The notes beneath the pieces are model-generated. The model did no database searches. It saw only the letters and a program-made list of their open reading frames with translations, and had not been told where the DNA came from. Made by a program: the position numbers and the translations under genes. Shown one piece after another: positions 52,201 through 62,683 of a DNA stretch of 64,000 nucleotides (the stretch's first letter is position 1; every line of letters begins with the position of its first letter). The stretch covers positions 288,001 to 352,000 of the forward strand of contig OY970173.1 in assembly GCA_963707635.1 (NCBI GenBank), written 5' to 3'. The stretch is from Candidatus Latescibacterota bacterium (lineage in GTDB: Bacteria; Krumholzibacteriota; Krumholzibacteriia; WVZY01; JAKEHA01).

Positions 52201-52348
52201 TGAAGAGAAGGCTGCGTACCTGGCGCACTACATGAATCGGACTTTCGAGTTGATCGGCGCGGGCCCGGAACCGGTGGCCCATCGCCTGCGCGCCGCGAAG
52301 GCGGGCGTGCGCAAAGCATTCTCCGAACGCTTCAAAGCCGCCGGATAA
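49280..52348 (+). CDS. glnE: Glutamine synthetase adenylyltransferase/adenylyl-removing enzyme
   Basis: LGKLGGLELNYSSDIDL, RVDLRLRPDG, PWEFQALLKAR, GGIRDVEF; second nucleotidyltransferase domain GSYG..E...SDLDL, DFRLRAEG, WER.A. Confidence 0.9.
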   Translation: MSDTLHQKLREIVEDVHEDLMRSLVDAPPPERKAARSPFETRLAACGFGASASTVTSFRGACVRMLAADLGDEAVVEIVEACRRSAAPDAAIRNLERYLENTTNPSIFLRTMLAAPPVLHLVTTVFSTSQHLADILVRQPGFVYWLMEQQTWDTPDTVESYEAWLAAEVDRFRTVEGKLNAVRRTHRQALLKIGVLDTVSGAPVEEVTRRLSELADACARTVLEIVVDEIAGDDTFPRALAIIALGKLGGLELNYSSDIDLIFVSEHTDDETMHHYIRVARRFTDAVSALTDEGYLYRVDLRLRPDGKAGPLVNSEDSLRIYYENRGRPWEFQALLKARTIAGDLALGARVLESLAKLVYSTTLPYSPLEAVGAMRDQIKDNVPANQRGHNIKLMSGGIRDVEFVAQAMQLMHAHTHAELRTPTTLVALSRLRQLGLMKEWDVDNLAAAYRFFRLVEHRLQMMHQLQTHTLPDSDAEIVLLARRVSNGPLGTFTADSFVETLSKHLNNVRTFADSFFAGEAIHPHSVLLMLPEDSERAVSILSPYGFSDVGRATRTLHAMAYGSFPRLLDRRARAAFEALLPHLLAEVAAMGDPDLALVNIAQISAAEKSEAAFYRMLADSAAARRLLVGLAGMSSLLTRELCAQIGALDSLVEGGGELDAAVDAMLTDVPEWERFSAREAVVRGGTAAATDRQARQCQWVERLRLYAFGEALHRRFHRGPHGLTGEVARAHGARLHMAAAFDEMVPEKERVAVFALGSYGVGEPRITSDLDLVVVADGVDLPDLMQRVQVINQWFTDGRILKLDFRLRAEGASAPLVQDLAFYEDYFRARASLWERVAFAKCAPWWGGEEIKRAFMRKLRAFVARPFSPDEIARLAEVRRSVEHIAPRHFSEWDTKRSAGGRYDIEYLTALGMAATCADRLDYFTMSTRERIDALVGTGFVFADHGVALRDAVDQFTLVEHVMELQEMTHPGNEEKAAYLAHYMNRTFELIGAGPEPVAHRLRAAKAGVRKAFSERFKAAG

Positions 52349-52375
52349 GCGGCTGCATGAGGCACGCCGCGCGGG

Positions 52376-55052
52376 TCAGCTTCCGATCGCCTGCTCCAGC
52401 GACTCCCGCAGTTCCTTCAGTTGATCCGGCGCCGAGAGCTTCGCGTCGCCGGTGGCCCTCACGTAGAACGAATCGATCGCCCGCGTCGCTTCGGTGGAGA
52501 TGCGCGCCCGCGCGATCGTGAGCCCGTGCGCGGAGAGTGTGCGGGTAATCGTGTACAGGAGTCCCGGCCGGTCCTGCGCGAACACATCGATGATGGTGTA
52601 GTCCTCCGAGAGGTCGTTCTCGAACTTCACCTGCGTGGGCACGGGGATTCGCGCCTTCGCGCGGCGCCGCCAGCGCTGCGCCAGCTTGAGCGAGGCCTCT
52701 TCGAGGTCCAGCTTGCCGGCGAACACCTTCGACAGGTCGGAGCGAATGCGCTCCACGCGAACCAGCGTCTCTTCCGCTGTGAGCGGCTCCTCGCGATCGA
52801 TCGGCGCCACCAGAAACACGTCGACCACCTTGCCGTCGCGGCGAGTGAACGCGAATGCGCTCAAGATGGTGAAGTCGTTGACGGCCAGCACCCCGCACAG
52901 CTCCGAGAGCCGGTATGGCTTGTCGTGGGTGCAAAACGTGATCTCGTGCGCCGCGCCCGCGAAGCGGTGACTCACCAGGAACGGCTCGCCGTCGAGGCGC
53001 CCGATCATCGCCACGTGGTCGCGCACCATCTCGGGGCTCATGGTGAGGAGGTAGCCGCCCGGGAGCAGGTCGAGGTGCTCGAGCGCGCGGTGCCGCTCCT
53101 CGCCTTCGCGCGAACGTCTCCAGCAGGTGCTCCTTGTGCTGGCGGTAGACGTCCTCGGGTTGCTTCTCGCGTTGCGCGAGAAAATCGTACGCGCGCAGAT
53201 ACAACTCCCAGAGGAGCGTGCGCTTCCACTCGTTCCACACCAGCGGCGAGGTCGCCCGGTAGTCGGCGTAGGTGAGCAGGCACAGGTACTTGAGCCGCGT
53301 GCGCGTGCGCACGCGATCGCAAAACGCGGTGATGGTGCCCATGTCGGCCGGGTCGCGGCGCTGGCTGAAGTGCGACATCAGGAGGTGATGCTCGATCAGA
53401 AAGCACACCAGCTCGATCACGTCGGGCGGGAGCCCCATGCGCTCGAGGATCGTGCGCGAAAGGATCGCGCCTTTGACCGCGTGGTCGCGGCCCTCGATCT
53501 TCCCGATGTCGTGCAGGAGCGCCGCCAGGTAGAGAATGCGCTTCTCGGGGAGCTCGATGTAGAGGCGCTCCAGCGAATCATCCGGCGCGGCGTCTGCGCG
53601 GCCGAGCGCTATCAGGTTCTCGAGTACCTTGAAGCTGTGCTCGTCGACGGTATAGTGGTGGTAGAGGTCGTAGCGCTTGAGACAGGTGAGCTGGTCGTAC
53701 TCCGGAATGATGCGCATGAGGAATCGCGTCTCGTGGAGAGAGCGCACGACCAGGGCCACGTTGCGATCGTCTTCCAGCAGCGATGGAAACGCGCGCCGCA
53801 TGCGCTTCGTCACGTCGGCGCCGTTCAGTTCGGTCTCGAGCACGTGCTCGAGCCGGCGGCGCAGCGCCCGGTCGAGCTTCTGCCCGCTCGCCTTCTGCTG
53901 CTCGAACACCGACAGCGGGTGCGCGCGCAGCGAGGGGACGCGCAGCGTCATATTCAAGGTGGCGCCATCGCGCTTCAAGCCCCCCTTGCCCATGATCACG
54001 CCCACGTTGCGGCCATGGTCGAGCGCGGCGAGGCAATCGGCGGTGATTCGGTAGATGGCGCGCGTGTGGCGGTAGTATTCGCGCATGAAGAACTCGACCG
54101 CCAGGTGCTCGCCGCGCGGGGCGAACCCGAGCGCTTTGGCGACGTCCTGCTGCGCCGCCACGGTCAGCGTGTCCTGCTTGGACTTCATGTTCAGGTGGAG
54201 CTCGACGCGGGCGCGCAGCAGGAAGTCGTACGCCGCGTCCAGCTCGGCGCGCTCACCGCGCAGGAGCAGCCCCTTCTGGCGCAGCGCCGCGAGCCCCTTG
54301 GCCGTTCTGCCCACGGACCCCAGCCACACGAGAGTTTGGTAGTCGCGCAGCCCGCCCGGGCTCATCTTCACGCTGGGCTCGATCAGCTGAAAGCTGTTAC
54401 CGGATTTCTCGTGGCGTGCGAGCGCGTCTTCGATCTTGCGGCGGAGGAATTCGTCGCGGTCGCTGCGGCGGATCTTGGCGACTTTCTTCTCCAGCGCGCG
54501 CGCCACCCGGCGCGAACCGCATACCCAGCGGCTCTCGATCAGAGCCGTCTTGGTGTCCATGTCGCGGGTGAGCGCGGTGTCGGCTTCGACCACGGATTCC
54601 ACCGCGTGCCCGAGCTCGAACCCGCAGTCCCACATCAGGCGGAAGAACGAGCCCGCGAGCGCTTCCACCAGCGGCGTCTTCTTTCCGCACGCCATCAGGA
54701 TGTCCACATCGGAGAAGGGGGCCAGCTCGGCGCGGCCGTACCCGCCCAGCGCGATCACCGCGACGTCGGTCGCGTCCGCGCGGACCTCGCTTTCTTCCGC
54801 GGCGTGTTGGAACAGGAGTCCGACCAGGGTGTCGACCATGCGTGTGTAGCCCGCGACGAACTCGCGCCCGCCGGTCTTCGGCGTCCGCATCTCGAGCAGG
54901 GGCCGGGTGAGCAGCCCGAAGTACGAACGCATCTCGGCGATGAACTGCTCGCGGGAGCGCGCCGCGGCCGGCGAAACGGGAGACGGAAGCGCGTTGGCCG
55001 ACCCGGCGCGTCGGCGGGAGCTGGAGCGGGCTTTCGGGGCGCGGGTGGTCAC
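52376..55052 (-). CDS. glnD: P-II uridylyltransferase/uridylyl-removing enzyme, +1 frameshift near 53109
   Basis: ALGGYGRAELAPFSDVD, GGLRD, HHYTVDEH, LLHDIGK in the first frame; two ACT domains (DKPYRLS, DRPGLLY...ARIST...DSFYV) in the next frame; 891 aa if one base is removed. Confidence 0.92.
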
Positions 55053-55093
55053 ACGGTCAGTCTAATGGAGATGGGCGGTTCCGGGAAGCGATG

Positions 55094-56540
55094 TCATGGC
55101 GGCGTGCCGCGGTACAGAGTCAACGTCGCCGTCGCCAACGGGACGATTTCCATCGCCGCCGTGTCCACGCGCGGACACGGACCCGCCTTCACCACCGCGA
55201 ACTCGTGCGCCTCGGTCCCGGCGTCCAGGGCGATGTGATAGTAGCGATAGAAGTAGCCGTGCAACGACCAGTCGCGTTGCATCGACTCGCACACGGTGAC
55301 GGTTTCGTGCGCCGGCACGACGGTCGCGATCAGTTTGACGTCTTGAATCGTGGTCGCATTTCGGCCCACCGTTCCCCACCGCGTGGCCGAGTAGACGACG
55401 ACCACCGCCAGCAGGAGCGCCGATATGATTGCAAAGGCGCGGAAGCGCCGCCCGTGCTCGTCGATTCCTTCCACGAACCGCGACACGATGGGCGCAACGA
55501 TCAGCGCAAAGCCACTGGCAAACAGGGGAAACGACGGCACCAGGTAGAATCCCGACTGGCGCGGACTCAACGCAATCGGCAGCGATCCCGCGGCGCCCAC
55601 TGCCAGACACAACAGCCCCGTCTTGAACGTGACCGCGCCCACGACCGGGACCCGCCCCTTGAGCCGGTTGAGAATGAGCAGCAGCCCACACACGCCCGCG
55701 ATTGGCGCCAGTTCGCTCGCCAGCTTTACAACGACGCCGAACCGGTTCGGCACCGAGCCGCGCGTGCCCGCGAGACTCGGTGCGAGCTGGGCGGAGATGT
55801 AGTGGGCAATATTGTGGAACGCGTTGCGGTCGATCAGCACCACCGCCACCATCGCCGTCACCGTCACCGTCAAGAGCACCGTCGAGCCCACCGCCGTTCG
55901 CAACGACAGGTCACGCCGGATCCACCACGCGAGCAGGAGGAGCGAAATCGGAAACAGCGCGACCAGTCCCTTGCTGAACAGCCCGGCGGCAATCAGAACC
56001 GCCGCGAGCCGCCAGTACCGCAATCGACGCCGGCTGGCAACGCCGCCGACCAGGGCCGCGCACGCCCCGGTCGTGAAGATGGAGAGCGTGTTCTCGAGCA
56101 TGTTGTTCGAGTACGACCACGTGACCAGCGGGATCGCGGCCCAGAACAGCACCGGCAGCCACGCGAAGGGCCGGAGAGGGGGCGCAGCCTCGGTGAGCCG
56201 GCGCCACAACAAAACGATCATCGCGCCCGTCACGATGGCAGTGAACAGCGAGTAGAGGTTCTCGACGAAGAGTTGATCCCCGAAAATCTTGAAGAACAGG
56301 GACTGAATGCCGAACACGAGCGGCGGGTGATCGGAAAAGAAGTCCGGCGTGAGCGTCGGCGTGAGGATTGGCTTCCAGAAGGTGCCGATGCCTTCGGCCA
56401 GGTTTCGCGAGATGACACTATAAAGGAGGCCGTCGAGGAACATGCCCTTCATCGACCAGCCGTGGCAGCGTCGGCGCGAGAAAGAGGGCGACCGCGAGCA
56501 GCCAGAAGGGAAAGTGACGTCCGGGGGAAGGCGTGTTCAC
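55094..56540 (-). CDS. ArnT/GT39-like (GT-C) membrane glycosyltransferase, +1 frameshift near 56453
   Basis: GMFLDGLLY..ISRNLAEG, DHPPL, NNMLEN, SKG motifs and many TMs; the first TM helix (GTG 56540, FPFWLLAVALFLAPTLPRLV) is in the adjacent frame. Confidence 0.8.
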
Positions 56541-56578
56541 GCCGGCATTCTAAGCCAGGGATCCGGTCGTTCGCAAAG

Positions 56579-57427
56579 TTACAGGTGATCAGGCCTTGCC
56601 GCGGTGGGCAACCGCACTCCCTGGGCGTTGTACGCGGTGAGCCAAATACCTCCATCGAGGCTCCCCGCTTCGCGCATCGTGGTGACCTCAATGTCGGTAT
56701 TCGCGCTCAAGCGCCAACGGTGTAGTCGAATAGGAAACTGCTCCGGCAATGAGTTCACACCAGCTCCCCGGCGTGGTCCCGTGTAGTGCTCGAATCCTGA
56801 CGGGCCAACGACAAATTCGAAATGAATGAAACATTCTCTGGATGTCGTTGCATCGGGACGGCAAACGACATTGAATTCGACACCCTCCCGCGCTTCCAAT
56901 ACCGATCGACCACGCCGTGACGCATCTGAGACAGGAACATCGGCTTCCACTCTGGTCTCTCTCATCACCGCACGAAGAACTTTTGGGTCAGCAATGCTGA
57001 GTCCAAACCAAAAGCGGCGGCGCTCCCCAAAGTCATATGTGTGCATCGAACGAATGCGTGCATCTCTCAGGCCACTTGTTGCGTGCCAGCGAGCTCGTCC
57101 GGCTTCCAAAGTGAAGTGATCAATTTCAAGGTTGAGTTGCCTTGTGCTCTTCCCGCCATGGACCCGCATCCACGTCTGCTGATCGTGAAAGCCGGGAAAG
57201 AAGCTCACACTGCCCCGATGAGACTCTGTGAGCACTCCCAACCATCGCATGCCATCCGGGGAAGGACTCTCGAAAAAGCACATTAGCAAGTGCTTCTCCG
57301 GCTTCCCGTCTCTAAGCATGCCCCGAACAGCGCGTGCTAAGGGGTTGGAAGGGTCGTCGTCGACTCCCGGGGCACCATCAGGTGTTCTCCACTGAAATAC
57401 TATCTTGTCCGTATCGTCTCCTGACAA
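56579..57427 (-). CDS. Hypothetical protein, atypical codon usage
   Basis: 282-aa ORF filling the gap after glnA; many A/T-ending codons; TTG start uncertain; no recognised motif. Confidence 0.55.
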   Translation of the reverse strand: MSGDDTDKIVFQWRTPDGAPGVDDDPSNPLARAVRGMLRDGKPEKHLLMCFFESPSPDGMRWLGVLTESHRGSVSFFPGFHDQQTWMRVHGGKSTRQLNLEIDHFTLEAGRARWHATSGLRDARIRSMHTYDFGERRRFWFGLSIADPKVLRAVMRETRVEADVPVSDASRRGRSVLEAREGVEFNVVCRPDATTSRECFIHFEFVVGPSGFEHYTGPRRGAGVNSLPEQFPIRLHRWRLSANTDIEVTTMREAGSLDGGIWLTAYNAQGVRLPTAARPDHL

Positions 57428-57491
57428 AGAGCTTACTCACCGATCCCATCGCGACGCAATGTCGTCGAGTTGTCTGCGAGATCCACAACGC

Positions 57492-57524
57492 AGAACGGGC
57501 CGGCACGAGGCGCCGACCCGTTCT
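57492..57524 (-). terminator. Hairpin downstream of glnA
   Basis: AGAACGGGCCGGC...GCCGACCCGTTCT, 24 nt after the stop; no long U-tract. Confidence 0.5.
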
Positions 57525-57548
57525 CATCGTGCACCACGTCGCTCTTCT

Positions 57549-58970
57549 CTACGCGTCGTAGTACAGGAAGAACTCGTACGGGTGCGGGCGCAGCGACATC
57601 GGCCCCACTTCCTTCTCCCGCTTGTACTCGATCCAGGTCCGGATCACGTCCTCGGTGAAGACGTCGCCCTTGAGCAGAAAGTCGTGGTCCGCTTCGAGCG
57701 CGCGCAGCGCCTCGTCCAGCGACCCCGGCGCCTGCGGGACCTTGGCCAGCTCCTCGGGCGGCAGGTCGTAGATGTTCTTGTCCAGCGGCTGGCCCGGGTC
57801 GATCCGGTTCTGGATGCCGTCGAGGCCCGCCATCACCATCGCGGCGAAACCGATGTACGGGTTGCAGGTCGGATCCGGGCAGCGGAACTCGACGCGCTTC
57901 GCCTTCGGCGACTGCGAGTACATCGGGATGCGGACCGAGGCACTCCGGTTGCGCTGCGAATACGCCAGGTTGACCGGCGCTTCGTAGCCTGGGACGAGGC
58001 GTTTGTAGCTGTTGGTGGTCGGGTTGGTGAACGCGCACAGCGCCGGCGCGTGCTTCAGCAGCCCGCCGATATAATGAAGCGCCATGTCGCTCAGCCCCGC
58101 GTATTTGTTCCCGGCGAACAACGGCGTGCTCCCTTTCCACAGACTCTGGTGGCAGTGCATGCCGGAACCGTTGTCGCCGTAGATGGGCTTGGGCATGAAC
58201 GTGACCGTCTTGCCGTGGCGGCGCGCGACGTTACGGATCACGTACTTGTAGACCAGCAGCCGGTCCGCCATGGCGACCAGGGTGTCGAACTTGAGGTCGA
58301 TCTCGGACTGGCCGGCGGTCGCGACCTCGTGGTGCTGCGCCTCCACCTCGATGCCGAGGCTCATGATCTGGAGCATCATCTCGGTGCGAATATCCTGCAG
58401 CGAGTCCGCGGGCGGAACGGGGAAGTAGCCTTCCTTGAAGCGCGGCTTGTAGCCGAGGTTCGGCTTTTCGTCGCGGCCGGAGTTCCACGAGCCCTCCGAC
58501 GAGTCGATATAGTAGAACGCCTGGTGCGGCTGCGCCTCGAAGCGCACGTCGTCGAAGATGAAGAACTCGGCTTCGGGACCGAAATAGATGTCGGTCGCGA
58601 GCCCGGTGCTCTTGACGTACGCCTCCGCCCGCATCGCGATCGCGCGCGGATCGCGCGCGTAGCGCTCCTTGGTGATGGGATCGAAGATGTTGCACACGAG
58701 CGAGAGGGTCGGTTCCTTCATGAACGGATCGATGAACGCGGTGTTCGGATCCGGGACGACCAGCATGTCGCTCTCGTTGATGCTCTTCCATCCGCGAATG
58801 CTGGAGCCGTCGAAGCCGAAGCCGTCTTCGAACGAGCTGGCTTCGAGTGCACCGATGGGCAGGCTGAAGTGCTGCCAGGTGCCGGGGAAATCGATGAACT
58901 TGAGATCGAGGACGCGTGCGCCTTTGTCTTTGGCAAACTTGAGCACGTCCTGGGGAGTTCGCTTCTCCAT
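57549..58970 (-). CDS. glnA: Glutamine synthetase type I (adenylylatable)
   Basis: [57 protein letters not shown] adenylylation site; SD AAGGAGG. Confidence 0.99.
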   Translation of the reverse strand: MEKRTPQDVLKFAKDKGARVLDLKFIDFPGTWQHFSLPIGALEASSFEDGFGFDGSSIRGWKSINESDMLVVPDPNTAFIDPFMKEPTLSLVCNIFDPITKERYARDPRAIAMRAEAYVKSTGLATDIYFGPEAEFFIFDDVRFEAQPHQAFYYIDSSEGSWNSGRDEKPNLGYKPRFKEGYFPVPPADSLQDIRTEMMLQIMSLGIEVEAQHHEVATAGQSEIDLKFDTLVAMADRLLVYKYVIRNVARRHGKTVTFMPKPIYGDNGSGMHCHQSLWKGSTPLFAGNKYAGLSDMALHYIGGLLKHAPALCAFTNPTTNSYKRLVPGYEAPVNLAYSQRNRSASVRIPMYSQSPKAKRVEFRCPDPTCNPYIGFAAMVMAGLDGIQNRIDPGQPLDKNIYDLPPEELAKVPQAPGSLDEALRALEADHDFLLKGDVFTEDVIRTWIEYKREKEVGPMSLRPHPYEFFLYYDA

Positions 58971-59048
58971 CACACCACCCTCCTTGGAACCGGGAATGCG
59001 GGAACGAATCGGGCGCCGGGATGCCGTAGCCGGATGACCAAAGCAAGT

Positions 59049-59077
59049 GTTGTAAGGCCCGTTGGCGAAGGTGTCAA
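59049..59077 (-). promoter_or_regulatory. sigma70-type promoter of glnA
   Basis: TTGACA-17 nt-TACAAC. Confidence 0.5.
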
Positions 59078-59122
59078 CGGCGATCCGCGCCGGCGGGAAG
59101 ATTAGCCGTGGATGGAGGAGGG

Positions 59123-60739
59123 TCAGGCGCCGGCGGCGCTTTCCAGCGCGACCAGAGCGGGGCCGAGAGACTCCAGCAGGTCGCCAGCGATGACCCCGCG
59201 AACCGATCGAGTCCGGGCGGCGATTTCCCCGGCCCGGCCCTGGAGAAAACAGCCAACACAAGCGGCGTCCACGGGTTGCGCCCGTTCCCCGGGGCCGCGC
59301 CCGCTCCCCCGGGCCGACGCCTGCGCAAGCAAGCTCCCGACCAGCCCGGTCAGGACGTCGCCGGTGCCGCCCGTCGCCAACGCCGAGGATCCGGAGGCGT
59401 TGATCCAGACCCGACCATCGGACGCCGCGATCAGCGTGGGCGCACCCTTGTGCACCAGCGTGACGCCGAGTCGTTGAGCCACCTCGGCAGTGAAGGTGAC
59501 GCGCGCCGGCCCGGTGGTCGGAACGGTTTCCCCGGTCAGTCGAGCGAGCTCTCCGCTATGCGGTGTGATGACGACGGAACCGCCGGCCTGTTTCAACTCT
59601 GTCGCGCGGCCGGCGAACGCGGCAATGCCGTCTGCGTCCACGACGATCGGCTTCCCGCACGCGCGCACCAATTCGCGCACGAACGCATCCGTCTCGTCGT
59701 GTCGGCCAATGCCGGGCCCGACTGCGATGGCATCCGCCCGTTCGACGTACGATGCCAGCGCGCGCGTCGCCGCCGGCGCGATGGTACCGTCGGCGGTGCG
59801 AGGCAGCGGCACCGTGATCGCCTCCCGCAGCGCCACGCTCATCTCGCGATGGATTCCCTCCGGGACGGCGAGGTAGACCATGCCGCACCCGGCCCGAAGC
59901 GCCGCTTCCGCCGTGAGCAGCGCCGCGCCGCGATAGCGCTCGCTGCCAGCAATCACCAGCAGGACTCCCGCGTCGTACTTGTGGAGGTCGGGCGCGCGCG
60001 CCGGCAACCGCCGCGCCGCTTCCGCCTCGTCGTTGTAGTGCACATCGGCCACGTGCGCGACGATGATCTCCTCCGGAAACCCGATATCGATCACCGAGAG
60101 TTCGCCGGTGTGCGCCCTGCCGGGATGAAACAGAAGCCCGGTCTTGGGCACGCCGATGGTGATGGTCTGCGCCGCGCGAACCGCTTCCCCCGGCGCCTCG
60201 CCGGTGGTCGCGTCCACGCCGGAGGGGATGTCGATGGCGACGATCGGGAGCCGCCGTGCATTCATCAGGGCAATCATCTCCGCCGCGCGTTCGCGCGGCG
60301 CGCCGGTGGACCCGGTGCCGAAGATGGAATCGACCAGGAGGGTGGCGTCCGTTAGATCCTCTTGTGCGCGCACGGGCCAGTCGGGCCGCGTCGAATCGAA
60401 CTCGGTGAGCAAACCGGCGCGCGTCTTGACGGCGTGGAGACGCTGGTAATTCTTCGTGGCGTCGGGAGTGAGCTCGGCGGCGGGCTTGAGAAGGTGAATC
60501 GAGCAACGCCAACCGGCCTCGACGAGCAGGCGTGCGACCACGAGGCCGTCGCCGCCGTTGTTGCCGGGTCCGACGAAGATCGCCGCCTTGTTCCTGCCGC
60601 CGTCCGGACCGCCGTAGCGCGCGAGCACCGCCTTCGCCACGCCGCGCCCGGCGCGCTCCATCAGCTCGAGGCCGGGGCAGACGCGCGCAATGGTCTCGGC
60701 GTCGACATCCTGCATCTGGGAGGCGGTGAGGACTCTCAT
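59123..60739 (-). CDS. nnr: Bifunctional NAD(P)H-hydrate epimerase/dehydratase
   Basis: [61 protein letters not shown]. Confidence 0.95.
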   Translation of the reverse strand: MRVLTASQMQDVDAETIARVCPGLELMERAGRGVAKAVLARYGGPDGGRNKAAIFVGPGNNGGDGLVVARLLVEAGWRCSIHLLKPAAELTPDATKNYQRLHAVKTRAGLLTEFDSTRPDWPVRAQEDLTDATLLVDSIFGTGSTGAPRERAAEMIALMNARRLPIVAIDIPSGVDATTGEAPGEAVRAAQTITIGVPKTGLLFHPGRAHTGELSVIDIGFPEEIIVAHVADVHYNDEAEAARRLPARAPDLHKYDAGVLLVIAGSERYRGAALLTAEAALRAGCGMVYLAVPEGIHREMSVALREAITVPLPRTADGTIAPAATRALASYVERADAIAVGPGIGRHDETDAFVRELVRACGKPIVVDADGIAAFAGRATELKQAGGSVVITPHSGELARLTGETVPTTGPARVTFTAEVAQRLGVTLVHKGAPTLIAASDGRVWINASGSSALATGGTGDVLTGLVGSLLAQASARGSGRGPGERAQPVDAACVGCFLQGRAGEIAARTRSVRGVIAGDLLESLGPALVALESAAGA

Positions 60740-61422
60740 TTCCCCGCATTCAACCGGTCCACGATATCCACCAGGTCGAAGACGTCGTCGATCTCGTAGT
60801 TCGCGCCGCTCTCCTGGAGCCCCTTGGTGTCGCCGTAACGCGCGAACACGGTGATCATTCCCAGCTTCCCCGCGCCGGTGATGTCGCGCTCCGGCCAGTC
60901 GCCCACCATGATGGCCTGCGACGGGTCCAGCTTGAAGTAGTCCAGCGCGCGCATGAACGGCTTCGGACTGGGTTTCCGCTCCTGGGTGTCGTCGAAGGTG
61001 GTGACGAAGTCGAACATGTGGTGGAGCTGGAGGTAGCAGAGCCGGAGCCACGCTTCCTGCCGCGGCGCGTCGGAGACCACGCCGAGACGAATGCCGCGCT
61101 TCATCAGCTCGATGAGCGTCACTTTCACGTGCGGGTAGAGGACCAGCGATGCTTCTTTCGCGCGCCGGTAGCCGACGATCCCCGCCGCGTGGATCTTGAA
61201 GTCCATCTGGCCGAGCATCTCCACCAGCGCGTGGTCGAACACCTTCTGGAACTCGATGCCCTCGCGCTCGTAGACTTCGTATATCTTGAGCTTGATCTCG
61301 TCCGGACGGTAGCGGAGGCCGGCGTCGATCATCGCATCGACGGCCGCATCCACCGCGTTCTCCTTCATGCGCATGAAGTCGGTGAGGGTGTTGTCGAGGT
61401 CGAAGATGACGGCTTTGATCAT
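60736..61422 (-). CDS. HAD-IA family hydrolase
   Basis: FDLDNTL, VVSD, KPSP, MVGDWPERDI.GA. Confidence 0.92.
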   Translation of the reverse strand: MIKAVIFDLDNTLTDFMRMKENAVDAAVDAMIDAGLRYRPDEIKLKIYEVYEREGIEFQKVFDHALVEMLGQMDFKIHAAGIVGYRRAKEASLVLYPHVKVTLIELMKRGIRLGVVSDAPRQEAWLRLCYLQLHHMFDFVTTFDDTQERKPSPKPFMRALDYFKLDPSQAIMVGDWPERDITGAGKLGMITVFARYGDTKGLQESGANYEIDDVFDLVDIVDRLNAGK

Positions 61423-61496
61423 GCTATACTCGCGACCGGCCGTCGTTTACGCGCGCGGCCGGCATGGAAACAGGTTGTGAAGAGAGGGTCATCATA

Positions 61497-62333
61497 ATGG
61501 ATGAACGAGAGCAGCGCAACACCGGCACCGCTCCCGACGTGTTCACGGCGGTGAACAACTACTTCCTCTTGTTCTTCTGCGCGAGCTGCGTGCTCTCGAG
61601 CATGTACATCCAGCAGCTCTTCTTCCTGGTCGGCCAGTACCGCCTGGGCATCGGCGTCTCCTCGGTGCTCGGCATCCTGCTCCCGATCTACCTCCTGATG
61701 CGCAAGTTCCCGGCGGGGGTGCGCCAGCAGGTGCGAATCGCCCGGCCGCGGGTGCACCGCATGGTGCTGGTGGTGGTTCTGACTCTCGCCGCGGTGGTCT
61801 TGATCGACCAGATCTACGTGATCAACCAGCGCATCACCCCGGTCCCCGAGGACTACGCGGACACGATTCGCGAGCTCAAACCCACGAACGTGCTCGACTT
61901 CGCGATCACGTTCATGGGGCTGTGCGTGCTGGTTCCGGTGGCGGAGGAAGCGGTGTTTCGCGGGCTGATCCAGCAGGTGTTCACCCGCAACATGGGTCCG
62001 TTGATCGGAGTCACGTTCGCGGGTGCGATCTTCGGCGCCGTGCACCTGAACGCGCATCTCTTGATCAGCATCACGGCCTTCGGCCTGTTTCTGGGCTTTC
62101 TCTTCAACGCCACGGGGAATCTGATCTACACGATTGTGGCGCACGCGATCTTCAACGGCGTCGCGCTGGCCGAGCTCACCATCTTTCCCGACGTGGGCAA
62201 CGGAGATCTCCCCGTCTATCTGAAGGACGTGTGGGTGGTCGTGGTGGCGCTCGTGCTGTTCGTCTTCCTGGTGGCCAAAATAAGAGAGGGAGGCTCCGAA
62301 ACGGAGCCTCCCTACCAGATCCCGGCGGAATGA
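61497..62333 (+). CDS. CPBP (CAAX/Abi) intramembrane metalloprotease
   Basis: PVAEEAVFRG, FGAVH, HAIFN motifs; multiple TMs. Confidence 0.92.
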   Translation: MDEREQRNTGTAPDVFTAVNNYFLLFFCASCVLSSMYIQQLFFLVGQYRLGIGVSSVLGILLPIYLLMRKFPAGVRQQVRIARPRVHRMVLVVVLTLAAVVLIDQIYVINQRITPVPEDYADTIRELKPTNVLDFAITFMGLCVLVPVAEEAVFRGLIQQVFTRNMGPLIGVTFAGAIFGAVHLNAHLLISITAFGLFLGFLFNATGNLIYTIVAHAIFNGVALAELTIFPDVGNGDLPVYLKDVWVVVVALVLFVFLVAKIREGGSETEPPYQIPAE

Positions 62334-62343
62334 CGCCGGAAGT

Positions 62344-62535
62344 CTACTTGATGGACGTGCTGATGTCGCGTCCCAGGCTGATCTCCCCGTTATCGATGCG
62401 GATATTGAACCCGCAGTCCGGATTGTTGCACACCCACGCCTTGTACGTGATGGGCGCGCCATCGCGGCCATAGTCCGACAGGGGAAGCAGCGTTCCCTTG
62501 TTGCACTTCAGACACCCGGTAAGATTCTTCTCCAT
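62344..62535 (-). CDS. Small zinc-ribbon-like protein
   Basis: 63 aa; CLKC...PLSDYG...YKAWVCNNPDC; SD GGGGAG; host-like codon usage. Confidence 0.8.
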   Translation of the reverse strand: MEKNLTGCLKCNKGTLLPLSDYGRDGAPITYKAWVCNNPDCGFNIRIDNGEISLGRDISTSIK

Positions 62536-62635
62536 GTGCACTCCCCGCGCGAACCCTCGCGCCGGGAATCGTCACCTCCCTATTCCAACACCACATCCCG
62601 GTGACGTTTGCGTCTCCTCCGGAACGATGGCAACG

Positions 62636-62665
62636 ATTATCCGCGCCGTGCCGCGGAGGTGTCAA
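62636..62665 (-). promoter_or_regulatory. sigma70-type promoter of the zinc-ribbon gene
   Basis: TTGACA-18 nt-GATAAT. Confidence 0.6.
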
Positions 62666-62683
62666 GGGATTCCATGGCCGCGA

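Noticed and set aside
58971..59048. Glutamine riboswitch in the glnA leader
   Set aside because: The short leader lacks the consensus and three-way junction as far as I can see; an Rfam scan would settle it.
62560..62630. GACGCAAA followed by a stem, resembling a c-di-GMP-I riboswitch
   Set aside because: The upstream GGCAAAC segment and GNRA-capped P2 are missing; kept only as an unclassified structured leader.
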